A stretch of 64,000 nt of DNA from Perna viridis (Eukaryota). Of this stretch, positions 13,471-27,500 are shown piece by piece. Numbering within the stretch: position 1 is the stretch's first letter; every line of letters begins with the position of its first letter. The notes beneath the pieces were generated by a model. That model saw only the letters and a list, made by a program, of their open reading frames with translations, did not search any database and was not told the DNA's origin. Position numbers and translations under genes: made by a program. Location: contig CM074513.1 of the NCBI GenBank assembly GCA_037379345.1, positions 56,275,195-56,339,194 of the forward strand, given 5' to 3'.

Positions 13471-14012
13471 CTAAAAGAGAATCGAACTGAAATTAGTATA
13501 AAAATAGGGCCTGCAGTAAACAATCATAAAATTTAATTTTTCACAATGACTTCAAGGAAATTATCATTTAAGGAAGTGAAGACATTAACTTCAAATTATA
13601 TCAATTGCATGAGGATATTTGAAGATACAAATTAAATTATAAGTTACTAATGTAAAATGATTTATAGAGAATCAAATCAATATTTGACAGCCATTGAAGT
13701 TTGTAGCATTGATCACAACATACAAAAGAATGCTACAGCTTTCACACTTAGATCCTACATAACACTCTGACATGTTCAAATAAAAAAATTCTATGTAAAG
13801 GAATTTCAAGAATTTTCTACAGTTAAATTGACACAAAAGACCAACAAGTATGAAGGTGTTTTTTACTGGATATTATTACCAGTATCATCTGTATCCTCTC
13901 TCAGTAATTATTTCAGATTTCCTTTTTCCTGTATCCTTATGTATTATGTTATGTATACAGTATAAAAAGGCAAATACTTTAGAACTGCTATAAAAATAAA
14001 TTGCTTTTCCTG

Positions 14013-14147
14013 GAAGTATTTTAAAAATTATATCTCTTTTGCATAAATGTTTGAAAGTGGTAATTGAGCTATGTTAAGTTTACCGCATACTGTCTTCATG
14101 TTTTACTTTTTGGAACACAAGCCCAAAACTTTTAATTTATGTTATTT

Positions 14148-14185
<38 letters not shown>

Positions 14186-14342
14186 AGAAGTATTTTAAAA
14201 ATTATATCTCTTTTGCATAAATGTTTGAAAGTGGTAATTGAGCTATGTTAAGTTTACCGCATACTGTCTTCATGTTTTACTTTTTGGAACACAAGCCCAA
14301 AACTTTTAATTTATGTTATTTTTATATATATATATATCCAGA
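14013..14342. repeat. Near-perfect tandem duplication (period about 174 bp), each copy ending in (TA)n
   Basis: gaagtattttaaaaattatatctc...aatttatgttattttt(ta)n tccaga begins at 14013 and at 14187. Copies differ mainly in TA length. Confidence 0.9.
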
Positions 14343-14377
14343 TTTTTAGACCTGGTACTGTTTTAGTCCCATCATAC

Positions 14378-14544
14378 CTATTTTCTTCTATTCTTTGTCT
14401 TTTTCTGGTCTTTTCTTCCTCTGTAAGGATGTATTCTTTTCTCATTCCAATCTCAAAACATTTCCTAAGTCTGCAACGTTTACAGAACCTCCTGTTTGAC
14501 ACATCCATTTTACATTTCTCTTCATAAGGACATTTGAAGTAGTC
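14378..14544 (-). CDS. HR96: NR1J/HR96-like receptor, second zinc finger exon
   Basis: tttcag|GAC TAC...AAT AG|gtatga, 167 nt, phase 0/2. Encodes DYFKCPYEEKCKMDVSNRRFCKRCRLRKCFEIGMRKEYILTEEEKTRKRQRIEEN(R). Confidence 0.95.
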
Positions 14545-17500
14545 CTGAAATTCAAAGAAAATATGTGTTACTTTTCAACACACTTATACATGCAGGGTGA
14601 TAAAGATACCAAATGAACCAATCTTTCTATACAAACACCATCTAGTCTTGATGATGACTTCTTTTTCTGATAAAGCAAAGCATGTACCAGTAACTGGAGG
14701 TTGGTTGAACACCTATTAACAGTTTAAAAAAAAAACTTATTAATTCTTGGAATTGCTAATTCTTTAACCATCTTATCTGTCTTAACCCTTTACTTCATAA
14801 TGATATATAATGACTTCTTCTGAAGCCCCTTCTTTTCTAAGGTTTACAGAAGAATTTAGCCATGGATTTCCCTGCACCTTTTTGGCTAATCTGACAGCAA
14901 ATCTTGAGGCCTTACAACTTTACCAAATATCCTTAAAATTCATTCAATAGCTATATATTATGGATTTAGCAGGTTTCTGACTCTACCATTTCATACTGAT
15001 TTAAAAAGAATTAAAGCCAATTTTCAGTGAAAAAATTGACAAAAAAAATGCATTTTCTCCCCCTTTTAGGACAAAGATTTTAAAAATAGACCACAAAATA
15101 TATTTCTCTGGTTAAATTTTTCATGAACAAATAATACAGGTACATTTCAAGTAAATTTTTATCACTTATGTTAGGTTTTTTGGTTGAATCATTCTTAATT
15201 AGATAATTTTCAATAAGATGATGTGTAGGACAGTGAAAGAGAAACACATTGTAAATGTGACTGACATGTAATGCACTGCATGTTTTCCATATCAATCTTG
15301 TACCTTTATGACAGGTGTCATATGATTTAAATCAACACTTTTACATTAACATTTCAAATTCATCTATTCAAGTAAGTCATTATAGTGATAGCTGACTCCT
15401 AAATCAATCTTAGGAAGGTGACAAAAGTTGGATTCTATTTCTGAATGCACTGCTAAAACATTTATCATCTTCTTGTGCTTCACCTTTTTTATGATTGAAT
15501 AAAAAAATATAACTTATTGATAAACTATACCATAAAAACTTTTTCATTCTAAGGATCACATATACCCCACCAGCTGCCATAAGAATTTTAACCTATCATT
15601 TAAAAATATCAGCTCAACTGCAATAAATCTGCTTAACTAAATCTATTATTTACAATATAAAGAACTTGGATTTTTTCTTACAGAAAAAAATAAATAACAT
15701 ATAAATGTACTATAACATTGTAGAAATGAAAAGTATCATGGTTCTGATGATAGAAACTTGACTACTTAGCCTGACCCTTTCAGAACCCCATATGTCTAAC
15801 ATTTGTAGAAATCATTAGAGATATTCAAAAGAATCAAAACACTAATTCATAATTTGAGTTTAAAACTGATTAATTATAACAGCAAGCGACTGAGATTGGT
15901 GTTTAATGAGAAGAGAAGGTATTGATTTGGCTGTCAACACTGCTGTTAGAGATAATGACAATACATGGTGTATGTGACATATTCTAACGTTGTCAATATA
16001 TTATGGATTACCTTTTTTTCTACTGTGATTATTCAACAGTGAAATTCATGCAAAATTATAAACCTTACTGAAAACATATTAATGAAGATATTGATAATTA
16101 AGTTTTTTCATTACAAACTAAATAAGAACTTGACAAAAAATCTCGTCCTTAAATGTTATCATTAAAGTTTTCCTTCTATAATACCATTAATAATTCAATA
16201 ATTTTATGACAGAAATGATGCTTAACTTGACAATGATGTTTCCTTTTTCAGTTAACCTATAAAAAAAATCATCAATTTTTATTAGTTACATAATTTTAAG
16301 TTACTTGTAGCAAAGTATGCAAGATTGTCTCACAACAAGGAGACACATAGAACAATAGAACTCACTTCTCCTATACAGTTTGGTTAGTTACATTATGTTG
16401 CTGCATTTCCTAGTGATACAATTTTCATAGTGACATATCTTAACTATATCTGTTCTCCTATAAAGTTTGGATTTGGAATGAAAAAATAGAAACTTATTTT
16501 TAATGCCCAAACAACTACTGCCCAAATATTGCTTTCTAACAGTGACTGTTGGTCAAAAGTTTTCTGTGGACAAATATGTTAACATGTAGATAGAATATGT
16601 ATAATTACTTCTCAACTTGGTCAATACTATTCAGTTATCACATACTTAACAGTGATTTTTCCAACAGGGATGCATCTGATACTACCCAACATTATCAGTT
16701 TTAATATCCTGTCATTGTCTCCCAATCATAATGCGGGTACAACCTTCATAAGTTTTAAGTTTCCACCAATCTTGTATACGACCAAATGTGCCACATATGA
16801 TAATCATATGGTGCTCAATTCATATGATAATCATATGACAATCATATGATATTTAACATAGTAAATCATATTTAAGGATGGATGTGTCACATTTGTTTGA
16901 TGCCATCATGACTCTGAGGTGTTGAACTGGACATAGAAAACCACAAATTTTATGATTAAGTAAAATTATCTTCAATTAAACTAATAAACAACTTCTACAG
17001 CTTCATGACTCAGGTTAAATTGCAGAAATTCTTTGCATATTGCAGTTTAGTTTCTTCAATTCAGATGAACAATAAAAAAAATAAAAATAAACAATAAAAA
17101 ATAATTTTGAAACAAATAAAACCTTAGAGAATGAAGAGTATTCATTTGTGTCCTTAAAGATTGGATTCATCAATTTCATTTTTACTCAAACAAATTTCAT
17201 AGAATAAATAAATAATAAGTAAACAGTAGAAAATTTAAAAGGTAATAAGTATACCTATAAAATACAAAACATGTTTATAAAAGTTCTTGTCCAAGAGAAA
17301 TAAGCATCAATTTGATAATTAGTTTTGTCCGATTCAAAATGAAATGAATTGATATAAAAATATGAAGGGATATTCTCCAATGAACCAAATTATAGTACAT
17401 GTAGTCTGAATATTTTCCCTCTTGTTCACTGACCTGTTTTAATTATCATTTTCTGAAATGGGAGTCATGTATAGGACAAAAAATATGCAGATAGATATAT

Positions 17501-18256
17501 GACAAAAAATCTAATTTATCTGAAGACAGAAACCAGGGGTGAATCAGATCACTGTACAAATATTGACTCAATACACAAATTTATTTTTCTGAACAATAAA
17601 ATCCTACAATGTTGACTTGACAGTATAGAAATTCAGCCTTGTAAAATTGAATCAATTTACCAAATATTGTCCTTCTAATTTTTTCTGCAGTTGATTTTTG
17701 GATTCAAGTTGAGATAAACTAAATATTAATTTAGAACTACATGTAGTAAAGTATGTGGTGTATCTCTCTTCAGGAAACCACAACATATAATCTTCTGTAT
17801 TACTAAGTACTGTCTCATTTGGGTATAAACTGAATTTAGAACAACTCTTTTATGATACAAAGGTTTATTGTGCCTAGTGAGTATGCCATATGTTCTCAAT
17901 ATCTTGTAAACTCATACAAACTTTAATGACAGTCATCTACTACATCTAACAAGTTGGATAGTTTCAATGAAGTATTCATATATTCAAAGTGTCGTTTTTT
18001 TTCCTGTTAAAGTAATTATTGAAACCTAGACATTTCCAATAACTTAAAGTACACACAAAAACCAATTACTTCAAACTTAATATAGATATTGTAAAACAAA
18101 TTACTTCACTGCAACTTGTCTCTCACTCTCTTACCTTTTTAAAATATGTTTGGAGTTTTTTTACAATAAAATCAAAGTTGAATAATCACAAGATTTATCT
18201 GGTTATGGAACATATTTACAAAGAATCATAAATAAAATTAAGAAAAAGACACCTAC

Positions 18257-18470
18257 CAATCCCTTTGGTGCATTTCTTCTGAAGAATGCTTTACACGATT
18301 CACATGAGATGGCATCAAAGTTATAGCCTAGAGCTTTATCTCCACATACACCACAGTATTTATCCTCCTTATTCTTCCGAGATTTTTGTGAGGCCAAGTC
18401 AGGTGATATGTCCATTGGACGGTAGACCCCTGCCATTGAAGGCACTCCATTGCTATTTGAGTCTTCAAAA
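18257..18470 (-). CDS. HR96: NR1J/HR96-like receptor, first zinc finger exon
   Basis: tttctcattacag|T TTT GAA...GGA TTG|gtaggt, 214 nt, phase 2/0. Encodes ...KYCGVCGDKALGYNFDAISCESCKAFFRRNAPKGL. The ESCKA P-box is diagnostic of NR1J (HR96/DAF-12/NHR-8). Confidence 0.95.
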
Positions 18471-20509
18471 CTGTAATGAGAAAAAAAATAATATTACAGC
18501 AAAAAAAAAAAAATAATAATAATCCACCTGTAATATATAAAGTGTTGAATGACTGAAAAGGTTAACATTTGGTCAAATGTGCATAATTAAAATATCACAA
18601 TATTTAAATTTACACATTTTTTCTTTGGTGGAAAAAGACCACCTGTTGAAAGAAATTTTTCCTGAAAAACAAAATCATACAGGAAGATACAATCACCATA
18701 ACAGGAAATTACTTTTCAACGAAAACACCTACTATACCACTTAAAATATCTAAAAATATTTGAACAACACAATAATTTTACACAAAATGAAAAAGAAACC
18801 TGCCTAATTCTTTGTGATTTCAGCTTAGTCTTAGGGCAACTATGCCAAAATATGCTATAGGAAGCCATTCCACATTATATTGAAATGTCAAGAATGACTG
18901 CTATATAAGTAAATAGGTGTTAATCATTAATCTATACCTGCAGATAATGTGAGAAATCAGAGAAAAAAACACCATAACACATCACTGTAATCAAATACCT
19001 TATAAACCACTTCATCAGCCTTTCATTAATACATTCAGTTGAAGGTAAAAAAAAGTACAAGACATTGAACAAGGTAAACAGTATTTTTATAAGTGTAAAA
19101 AGAAGTGAATTGTCTGATATCATTTTTATTTGGAAACCATAAATGTTTGACAAGCAGTCACAAAGATTTAGCAGAGTGATTTTTCCTGACTCATTTCAAT
19201 GAATGTTTTCTGTATAAGTACATGTAGGTCTAAAAGTTCCATATATTGTTGCAATTTTGGATTTTTTTAATTCCTAATTATTGGACATTCAGATATTCTT
19301 ATTTTATCATTTGTAATCAAATAACTGAGAGCATTTTTCTAGTACGCTGAGTATAAGGCGACCTCACAAATCTCTTCTTTTCTTGTACAAAATTCTTGTT
19401 TCAGGATTACAGAATAAAATGGTTTTCATCATTTATCTTCAAAACCGTTTTTTTTTTTTTTTTCAAATTTCAAGCCATCTGATGATCATTGATAACTGCA
19501 GTATCTTTGTGCAATTTCCTCAGATATTAGAACAAATTGTCTTCAATACTTCACATATATTGTCCTACTTAGTAATACATAAAAACTGAAAATGTGAGTT
19601 TAATTCATCTGCTAACTATCATAAAAAATCAATACTATACTGCAATCTTTAAAGAGATATCTAAAATGAGAATATTTACAAATAGTAGTTATCTCCCTTT
19701 GATGAGAGAACGAACTTGCACCAAATAACCTCTTGTCCTATTTTAGTTAAAGCCACAAAGTATTGGTGAAAATATTAAAACCTAAAACACTCCCTGAATG
19801 GTGATTTACCTGTTTAAAGTACAATATGAGTGATAAACAAAGTAGAAGAATATTTAACATGATTTCTTTTCCAGAAGTTTATTCAATTATATTTATAATA
19901 TTGAGCCTATTTCTGTTTTTATTGACTATTTCTTTATTCATTCCTAACAGAAAATGTTGATGACTTCCATAAAACTGACAAATTGGTATAATGTTTTTCT
20001 CTTTACTAGCCAGTAGAAATTGGAGTTCATTCAGTACAATGTAAAACTTCCCCCTGTGTAAATGACTTTTCACATGAAAGAATCATTTTATGTAATTGCA
20101 CAAGATTTTAGTAGGCACATCTGGAAGATAACAAATCTATTAGAACAAATAAATGAGTTTCCCTGGTATTTACATTTACCAAAACTTACACCTGATCTCA
20201 ATGAAGTCAATTTTCCAAATCCTTCTATTGGACCTACAGTTAACTTATTTTTATCCTGAAGACAAAAAAATTGTGAATCAACTGAAAACTAAAATAAAGT
20301 TGGTTTTTTTTTGTCGTTTCATGGATTATTAAACTAAAACAAAGCTTTCCTGAGCCTTGTATAAAGTATTATTCTAGATTAGCTTGATTTTGTACCACAT
20401 TTTACCCTATTCCTTACAGTAAATCAATTAAAAAAACCTTACTTCTTTAAGTATAGAATCTGTAAAATATGATAAAATATCAGAGGTCCACACACTTTTA
20501 CTCACAGTA

Positions 20510-21000
20510 TTGTTTGAAAACAAATAAAACTCATGTTTTTGTCCCTTTTCAGCTCGTAATTCCTATTAAAAGAGTATATGTCAGCACTAGCGGTTGCTTT
20601 CACAAAAGTCATCAGTGAAAAAATTAATTGTAGGTATCGACATCTCAATACCGAATTATAATATGAAATTGTAAATTATGATTAATTTTACACTTACAAC
20701 TTTTTTGTGAAATAAAAAAAAACAAAACCCAATATCAATGCAAGTTAGTTACAATATCGTAGAGACCGTAGAGACCATATGCTTTGACTTGAGTTGTGCA
20801 GTTAGATGCTTTGAGCCCCCAACTACAGAGCAGTTAAGCATAAACACAAAAATAAAATACCAACCATCTTCCTACAGTATGGAACCTTGTTCTAAAACTT
20901 TATAAAGATCCAATAACTAGTATTCAAGTTATTGCATGAAAACCATGTGTCTACAGAAAATGATGAGGCATACCATTATATGACCAAAGGAAGGACACAT
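20510..21000. mobile_element. Degenerate Helentron-type repeat remnant
   Basis: Motifs such as aaactttataaagatccaataactagtattcaagttattgcatgaaaacc...ggcataccattatatgacc resemble bivalve HINE bodies. Boundaries uncertain. Confidence 0.35.
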
Positions 21001-24000
21001 ACTAACTCTTCCAATGTAACTTATTGCGTGATAGGTATGAAATGATGGAGACCTAGTGATGACATAAAAGGAAGGTTGATTATTCTATAGGATAAACTGT
21101 GTGATGAAACAAGCAAGTGCTGGTATTTCCATGTGACGAAACAAGCAAGTCCTGGTATTTCCATGTATGCACTTAAAGCTTATATAAATAGCAATAGATA
21201 ATCATAGCTATTAGTATTTTCATTTTTTTTCTTTTAACCTTTTCAGTTTTCTTTTGTTTAATATCAAGCTAAATGTTGTTTGGAACAACAGTAAACTAAA
21301 AGGACCAACACATTTTTACAACTCATAATAGTAGACAAGTAACATTAGGAAGAAGACAAGTCTATTAAAAGCAGGAAACAATTTCTTTTACACCAATATC
21401 AATTAAAAGATGTAAAATATAAGTGCTTCTTCAAAATAATAAAACAGACTTGAACAATATCTAATAACTGAAAAATTCCTTCCCTTCAGCTTTAACATAT
21501 GGTTAAGAAATAATCATAAAATATAATTGGTGATATTAATATAGAGTCTGCATTGATCCATGCAAACTAGATTGTATGGTAACACATCTGAATGCTATTT
21601 CCTGATCAACATAGAAACACAAACATCAACTAATTGGCAGAGAAAAAAAATAAACTTTTGATTAGGCATGTGAAAATACAAAAAAGTCTTAGTAAATTAT
21701 CAGCTTAAGACAAATTATTTTGAGTGTATGCAAGGATGAAAAAACAGTTTGCCTCCAGAACAGATGGTGACACAAAATCACTGGCAATACATTGAACTAT
21801 CTTAAAGCACTGGATGTCAGTCTTAAAATAGAAAGATATTTATAGCTCCATGAATTACAAGACAAACACACCTTTCTCCTTAGGCCCATTTTTACTACTT
21901 GAAAATAAGACATTACTAATACAGAAAACTGGTTGGAAGGAAATCATGTCAATGAAGTACCAATGAGTACCAAAGGATGACACTTGTAAACTAATTGACC
22001 TTCATGTCAAGTAACTTATTACTCCAATATTGACATATGACTTAACACTAGTTATTTAATATCACTTCAATTTTTTAAAACTAAAATAAAGAGTAAATTA
22101 TTTGTATTTTAATATGGGTGGCAATCAAAAAATATCTGGCAGATATTTCTTGTGAATTTAATTACCAACAGCCAAATATAACCCTTTTCTTTTATATATT
22201 TTTTGATAGTAATCAACAAGCTTAGCTGGGAGCTATCTGACGCCTTGTTAACCAAAAGTAATGTGTCCTTTGTGAACCCTTAACTGATAACAAAACAAAC
22301 TTCTTTTCTTTTTTATTCACTTCAGGTGCAATTTACTTGACAAATCACTCCTGGTGCAAAAGCACTTCTATAAATTCGACAAAATAAGCATTTTTTTACT
22401 TATACAGAGAATCAAATTAAAAAAAAATGTCCTTATCTACAGGTAAGATCCAATATTCAAAATTAAAATATTAAGTAGGGCCTAAACAATACCTTAAACT
22501 AATGTCAAACATTTGAATGACAATATATTAGCAAATATACACTACATGTAGAGACAGGAGGTTTACATGGAATACAGCATGTGTTAGAGGTCACACAAGG
22601 ATATTGTAGACAGTACCAAATAATCTGAGCCTGAAGAACAACATTCTTTCTTTAAACTATAATCGAAATGTCAACAAACAAAAAACATATTATATAGCCT
22701 GCAGTACAGCATATTATAAGGTTATCTTAGTCTAATTATACTGATACAAGCATCCTAAAGGCCACGATAGAACTCTTGGTAGTACTAAATCACAACTACC
22801 GGTATAGGTGGTACTGAGGGGAAAAAATTATACTGGCACCGCCAACATGTTTTGAGTGTGTACTAACATACAATATATGTTGGTAAAACATTCTTATTTG
22901 AAACTTTGATTTGTCAAAAAAATTGATACACAAAGTTAGCTTCAAATGGTAAAAATCACGAGCTTTGACTCAAGTTTTTCTGTGGTTATCTGTTAGTGTC
23001 ATTGTCTGTTTCTATTAACTTCTCACCTACAAATACATTGTATTAGATACATTTCATTTCAATTTTATCATTTATTCTGAGCTGCATCCAGTTGTTATAT
23101 AGGGCATCATTTATACACTGTCCATCCTTTTAAGAAGATACACAATTATATTTGAATATTGGAGGGTACTTTTATCAAAGTGACTTTTACAACCAAAAAC
23201 TTTGACCATAAATAAAATAAAAGTACACCAACATATTTCATTGCATGTGAACTTTAACCTGATAATTTGACCATAAACAGAAATAAAAGTACACCATCAT
23301 ATTTCATTGCATGTAATGTTCAATCTAAAAGAACTGAAGCTTTTTGGTCAGTGATCATTGTTGTCAACTTGTGTTCTTATACCAAAAAACCAACCTTGGT
23401 ACAAAAGTAACAGGACGATACTGATCTTTGACACGTACATTTAAACATCATGCAATTCTGTATTTGAGGACCATTGTATGCAGGTGGAGTTTGATTGTAT
23501 CCATTGTTTTCATAAGTACAAATGTCAAAATCTAGCCCTGCCACATCATATCTTATCACAAATAGTTCTGATACTTGTCTATCAATTTAATATTTAAAAC
23601 AGGGAAACCCAGTAATCATTAGATCGACAGTCAGGGAGTATTGTAAGTGATATTGATGAAAACTATCCAAATGTGAAAATAAATGGTTCTATCAGTAAGA
23701 CCATTGTAATATCAAGTTATTCTGCTTTACTAGTTAAGTATTGGTATGTTCACCACGTAGTGATTCATCTTGTTTACCTGTGGAATCATGGGATAGGTCA
23801 CTCAGTACATTTTTTCAGCATTTACTACTATATTACAATCATTTTTGCTGATCAGTTAGTTGAAGGTCTTTAAACTAAATAATGTCCCTACACACCCTTC
23901 TTCTAAATTTATCTGACAATAAGTATTATATAGATTTAGATTTGTGAGTACAATAAAAAGATTATTCTGATGTGACATATTACAATCTTACAAAGAGAAA

Positions 24001-27000
24001 GTTTGCCAAAAATGTACCACTTTTACCAAATACTTCTTCTAGAGTTAAAATATACAAAATTCCTATCTTTCCAGAAAGAACAGTTACACTACTTAATCAA
24101 TATAGAAACAAATTACTACATGTACAAACAGCACTACTGTAAAAATTGGAACTGAAAAACAGAAGAAGAATCACATGTATTTTCCTCTGACATAAATGTG
24201 TAATAATACCTTCTATAAGTATCATAATTATATTCCATTCCTAATAAGATATTATTATTGACTGATAAAAGCGTATTACATGTTGTTTAACAGTATACAT
24301 ATTCCAAAGGAAAGTCACCAATAGTTGTTTTCCTTCTTAAATAAGTATCGATTATATTATACAAGTACCAAACCTAATGGTACTTTACAACATAGATTGT
24401 TTGCTCTATCATCTCAAGATATAATAGATTTTTTTTTATTCCTCAGTGTGCTGTTTCATCATAAATACAAACAAAAAGATTTTTTAACAGATATTCAAAA
24501 AATATTTTAAGTAAATTTAATTGCCAAAGAAATTTGAACAGTAGTAAATACCTTCTGGTAGTCAGTCCTAAGAACATTGTGTATAGTGGTGACCTATTTA
24601 ATTTCTCCAAGATTGGTCACCAACTCCTCTACCCAACAAAGTACACGTGCTTTAATGATTATGGTACAAGTCATGACTGCTTTCAAGGTCTTTACTTATC
24701 ATACGGATATATAGAACTAAGATTTATTGTTTAACAGTTTCTATTCTACTATTTACATGAACTAAGAACCAGATGTAAGTAGATTTGAAAATACATTTCA
24801 GCAGATCAATGTTTTTCTTTACTTTTTTTTCAAGAATTATAAACCAATATTCAAATCTATGCAGGAATTTAAAGAACAAAAAAACAAACAAATAAATGCA
24901 TAGTAAGACTGTTTTCATCTTATCATGCTGTCTTTGTTCATCTTTAAACATCTTTGGTGCTAAAATGGTAATTTTGTAAAGGCTGATAATATTTAAGATG
25001 ACACCTCACATTTAAATTGAAAAGTTCTTGAAAACACCATCAATATCACTAATAAAAGACACATAAATATTTTTTTTGATACATAGGGCGAGGATATATT
25101 GGAATGTAATGGGTATTTGATCACCTCTTGGTTTTACTTGTACTTTCTTATGCTTCAATACACAACGTACTTGATAACCCCTAACACTACACAATACTCA
25201 TATATCTCAATGCAATGTCAACTTTGTGGTCTCATAATAATACAAAATTATACCAACTGCCAATTTATGTGCCTTGTTTATAAAAGGTGAGAAGAATTAA
25301 GTTGACAGTACCAGTGCTATAGAGCTGTCACTTTGAGAGCCGATAGGATCTCCCCATGAATAGTAGCCCTCAAAGCTTTGAACAATCTGAGCAAACTACA
25401 CAATACTTGTCAATTAAGTTGTGAACAAAAGCGAGAAATTTTACACGGTCATTCTTGATCAAATCTAATAGAGACCAGTATCACTAAAATCATAGTAATC
25501 AGTCAATAAATATTCATATAAAACATTGGATAAACAAAGGCTTCAAAATTTCAATACAAAATTATTGAGAATACTTTGTAAAGAAAAAAAAGCAAACAAT
25601 TTTGAAAGTAAAAAGATGTCATATTATCATATAACAACAATTTTCTACAGACCATGTTTTGGCCAACTTAGTCATGGAAGTTTACCATATACAAAATATA
25701 CTAACACAAGGTATTATTGGAATTTGAAATTATTTTGGGGTTAATTTTCTAAATTCTAAAAAAATTCCAAATTGAAATAATACCTTGTTCTAAACACATT
25801 TGTGTGTTCAGTTGAAATTAGCGATGAACAAAAAACATTTTATCAGGGCTTTTCTATGTAGGAAACCCCAATAAAACAGTAACTTGCAGTGGCAAATCAA
25901 AGATCTGTAAATGGAAATCATAGGTATTACCATCTATGTTTCCTCTTTATTGAGTACTCAGGTACTTATCATGTTCTATGACTATCATTTCACTGCAAAT
26001 GTCCCTGATATATTATGTTTCAGAGTTTTCACTCGATTACAAATACCCATGATATATAATGTTTCTGAGTTTTCGCTACATTGCAGATGTGAATATTTCA
26101 CTTCATTTTTCTTCACTATTATTTTGTTATGGAAATCACAAGATATTGTTTCCAACACCAAAACTTGTCAATAATAAATTTGATAGCAAGCAGCATCAGG
26201 ATTAAACATGCAACAGCTTATTTGGGTTTTTGTCACTAAATATGGAATTTAAACAGATGACTTCATGTAACTAGATTATCAAATTAAAACATATGTCCAG
26301 TCCAATGCTTACATGTTCTGCTGAAAAGAGAATCCATTAAATTCTGTAACTAGAAATCGATAAAGATTGGAAAATACCTCTGGTAACGGAAGCTTAATAT
26401 TTCCCCATCACTTAATTTATTGAAAATTTCATTTATTCACTATTGATATTTTTATAACATTGGGATTAAGAGAAAATGATTTATTTTCATGAAATTTATT
26501 CCACAAATGAAGAGAAAAATGTAAATTAACTATTATAGTGGAAACATATATTATGTATTTGTCAGTATGTTTCATGCTAAGTCATCTCATTGTAAAATTG
26601 TCATGATCATTATAAACAATAAAGACACAATGTTTTGTATTCTAAATGCAGCCTTAAGCATTAAACAGTGACAGAAAAAGCGCATTAGAAGGTTTTTATG
26701 AGGTCAGCAAGATGTAAAAACATTTTAAGCTGGATTATGCTTTATTCAAACTTAGACTCTCTCCACTAGGACATTCATTATTAAATGTATTTAAAATTCA
26801 AATCTCATTCTCTCTTTTTGACGAAAGACACTAATTAGAATGCATTACAATTCTATGGACAAACTTGTAATATAACAGATGATTTAAGTTTTTGTCTTCC
26901 AAATAACTGCAAATTGCACTTTTTCCTGTATTTATATAAAACTTTACTGAGGAATATTTTCAGATTAAAAACTTGTAAGGTATATACAAATGCCGCACAC

Positions 27001-27029
27001 TTCTTGTCAAGGTCTGTCTATCAAAATCT

Positions 27030-27500
27030 CCGCCACTGCAGGTAAATATCCCAGAGACAGGACAACCTCCAACATTGCAGGTAAATATCCCAGAGACAGT
27101 ACAATCTCCATCACCGCAGGTAAACATCTCAGAGAGAAGACAACCTCCATCACTGCACATAAACATCCCAGAGACAGGACAACCTCCACCACTGCAGATA
27201 AACATCCCAGAGACAGGACAACCGCCACCGCTGCACATAAACACCCCAGAGACAGAACAACCTCCACAACTGCAGGTGAATATCTCGACATGACAACCTC
27301 TGCACCTTAAATAAATATTTCAGAGTCACTGCAGGTAAATACCACAGAGACAAGACAACCACCACCCATCCAGGTAAATATCTCGAGACAAGACAACCTC
27401 CACTACTGTGGGTAAATATCTCGAGACAAGACAACCCCCACTACTGTGGGTAAATATCTCGAGACAAGACAACCTCCACTACTGTGGGTAAATACATCAG
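27030..27500. repeat. 39-bp minisatellite, about 12 copies
   Basis: Unit ccactgcaggtaaatatcccagagacaggacaacctcca. Explains the overlapping ORFs at 26960-27434. Confidence 0.92.

Noticed and set aside
13471-13523. N-terminal part of track ORF 12666..13523, and an alternative acceptor at 13486
   Set aside because: Intronic. The in-frame acceptor is at 13470, and use of 13486 would add 16 nt and shift the frame.
14782-15083. Possible piggyBac-like MITE (TTAACCCTTT...)
   Set aside because: The right terminus (aaagattttaa) is too degenerate to support a TIR pair.
15740-15762. CTGATGA...GAAAC hammerhead-like core
   Set aside because: Only 2 nt separate the motifs, so there is no stem II, and no supporting flanking stems were seen.
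23377-23559. Protein-like minus-strand ORF as a third alternative receptor exon
   Set aside because: Its plausible donors (AAG|gttggt phase 0, AAAT|gtacgt phase 1) do not match the phase-2 DBD acceptor, and there is no strong acceptor or start. A non-coding exon is not excluded.
26960-27434. Cys-rich or repetitive ORFs (e.g. CSGGGCPVSGMF)
   Set aside because: By-products of the 39-bp minisatellite, with no supported splice context.
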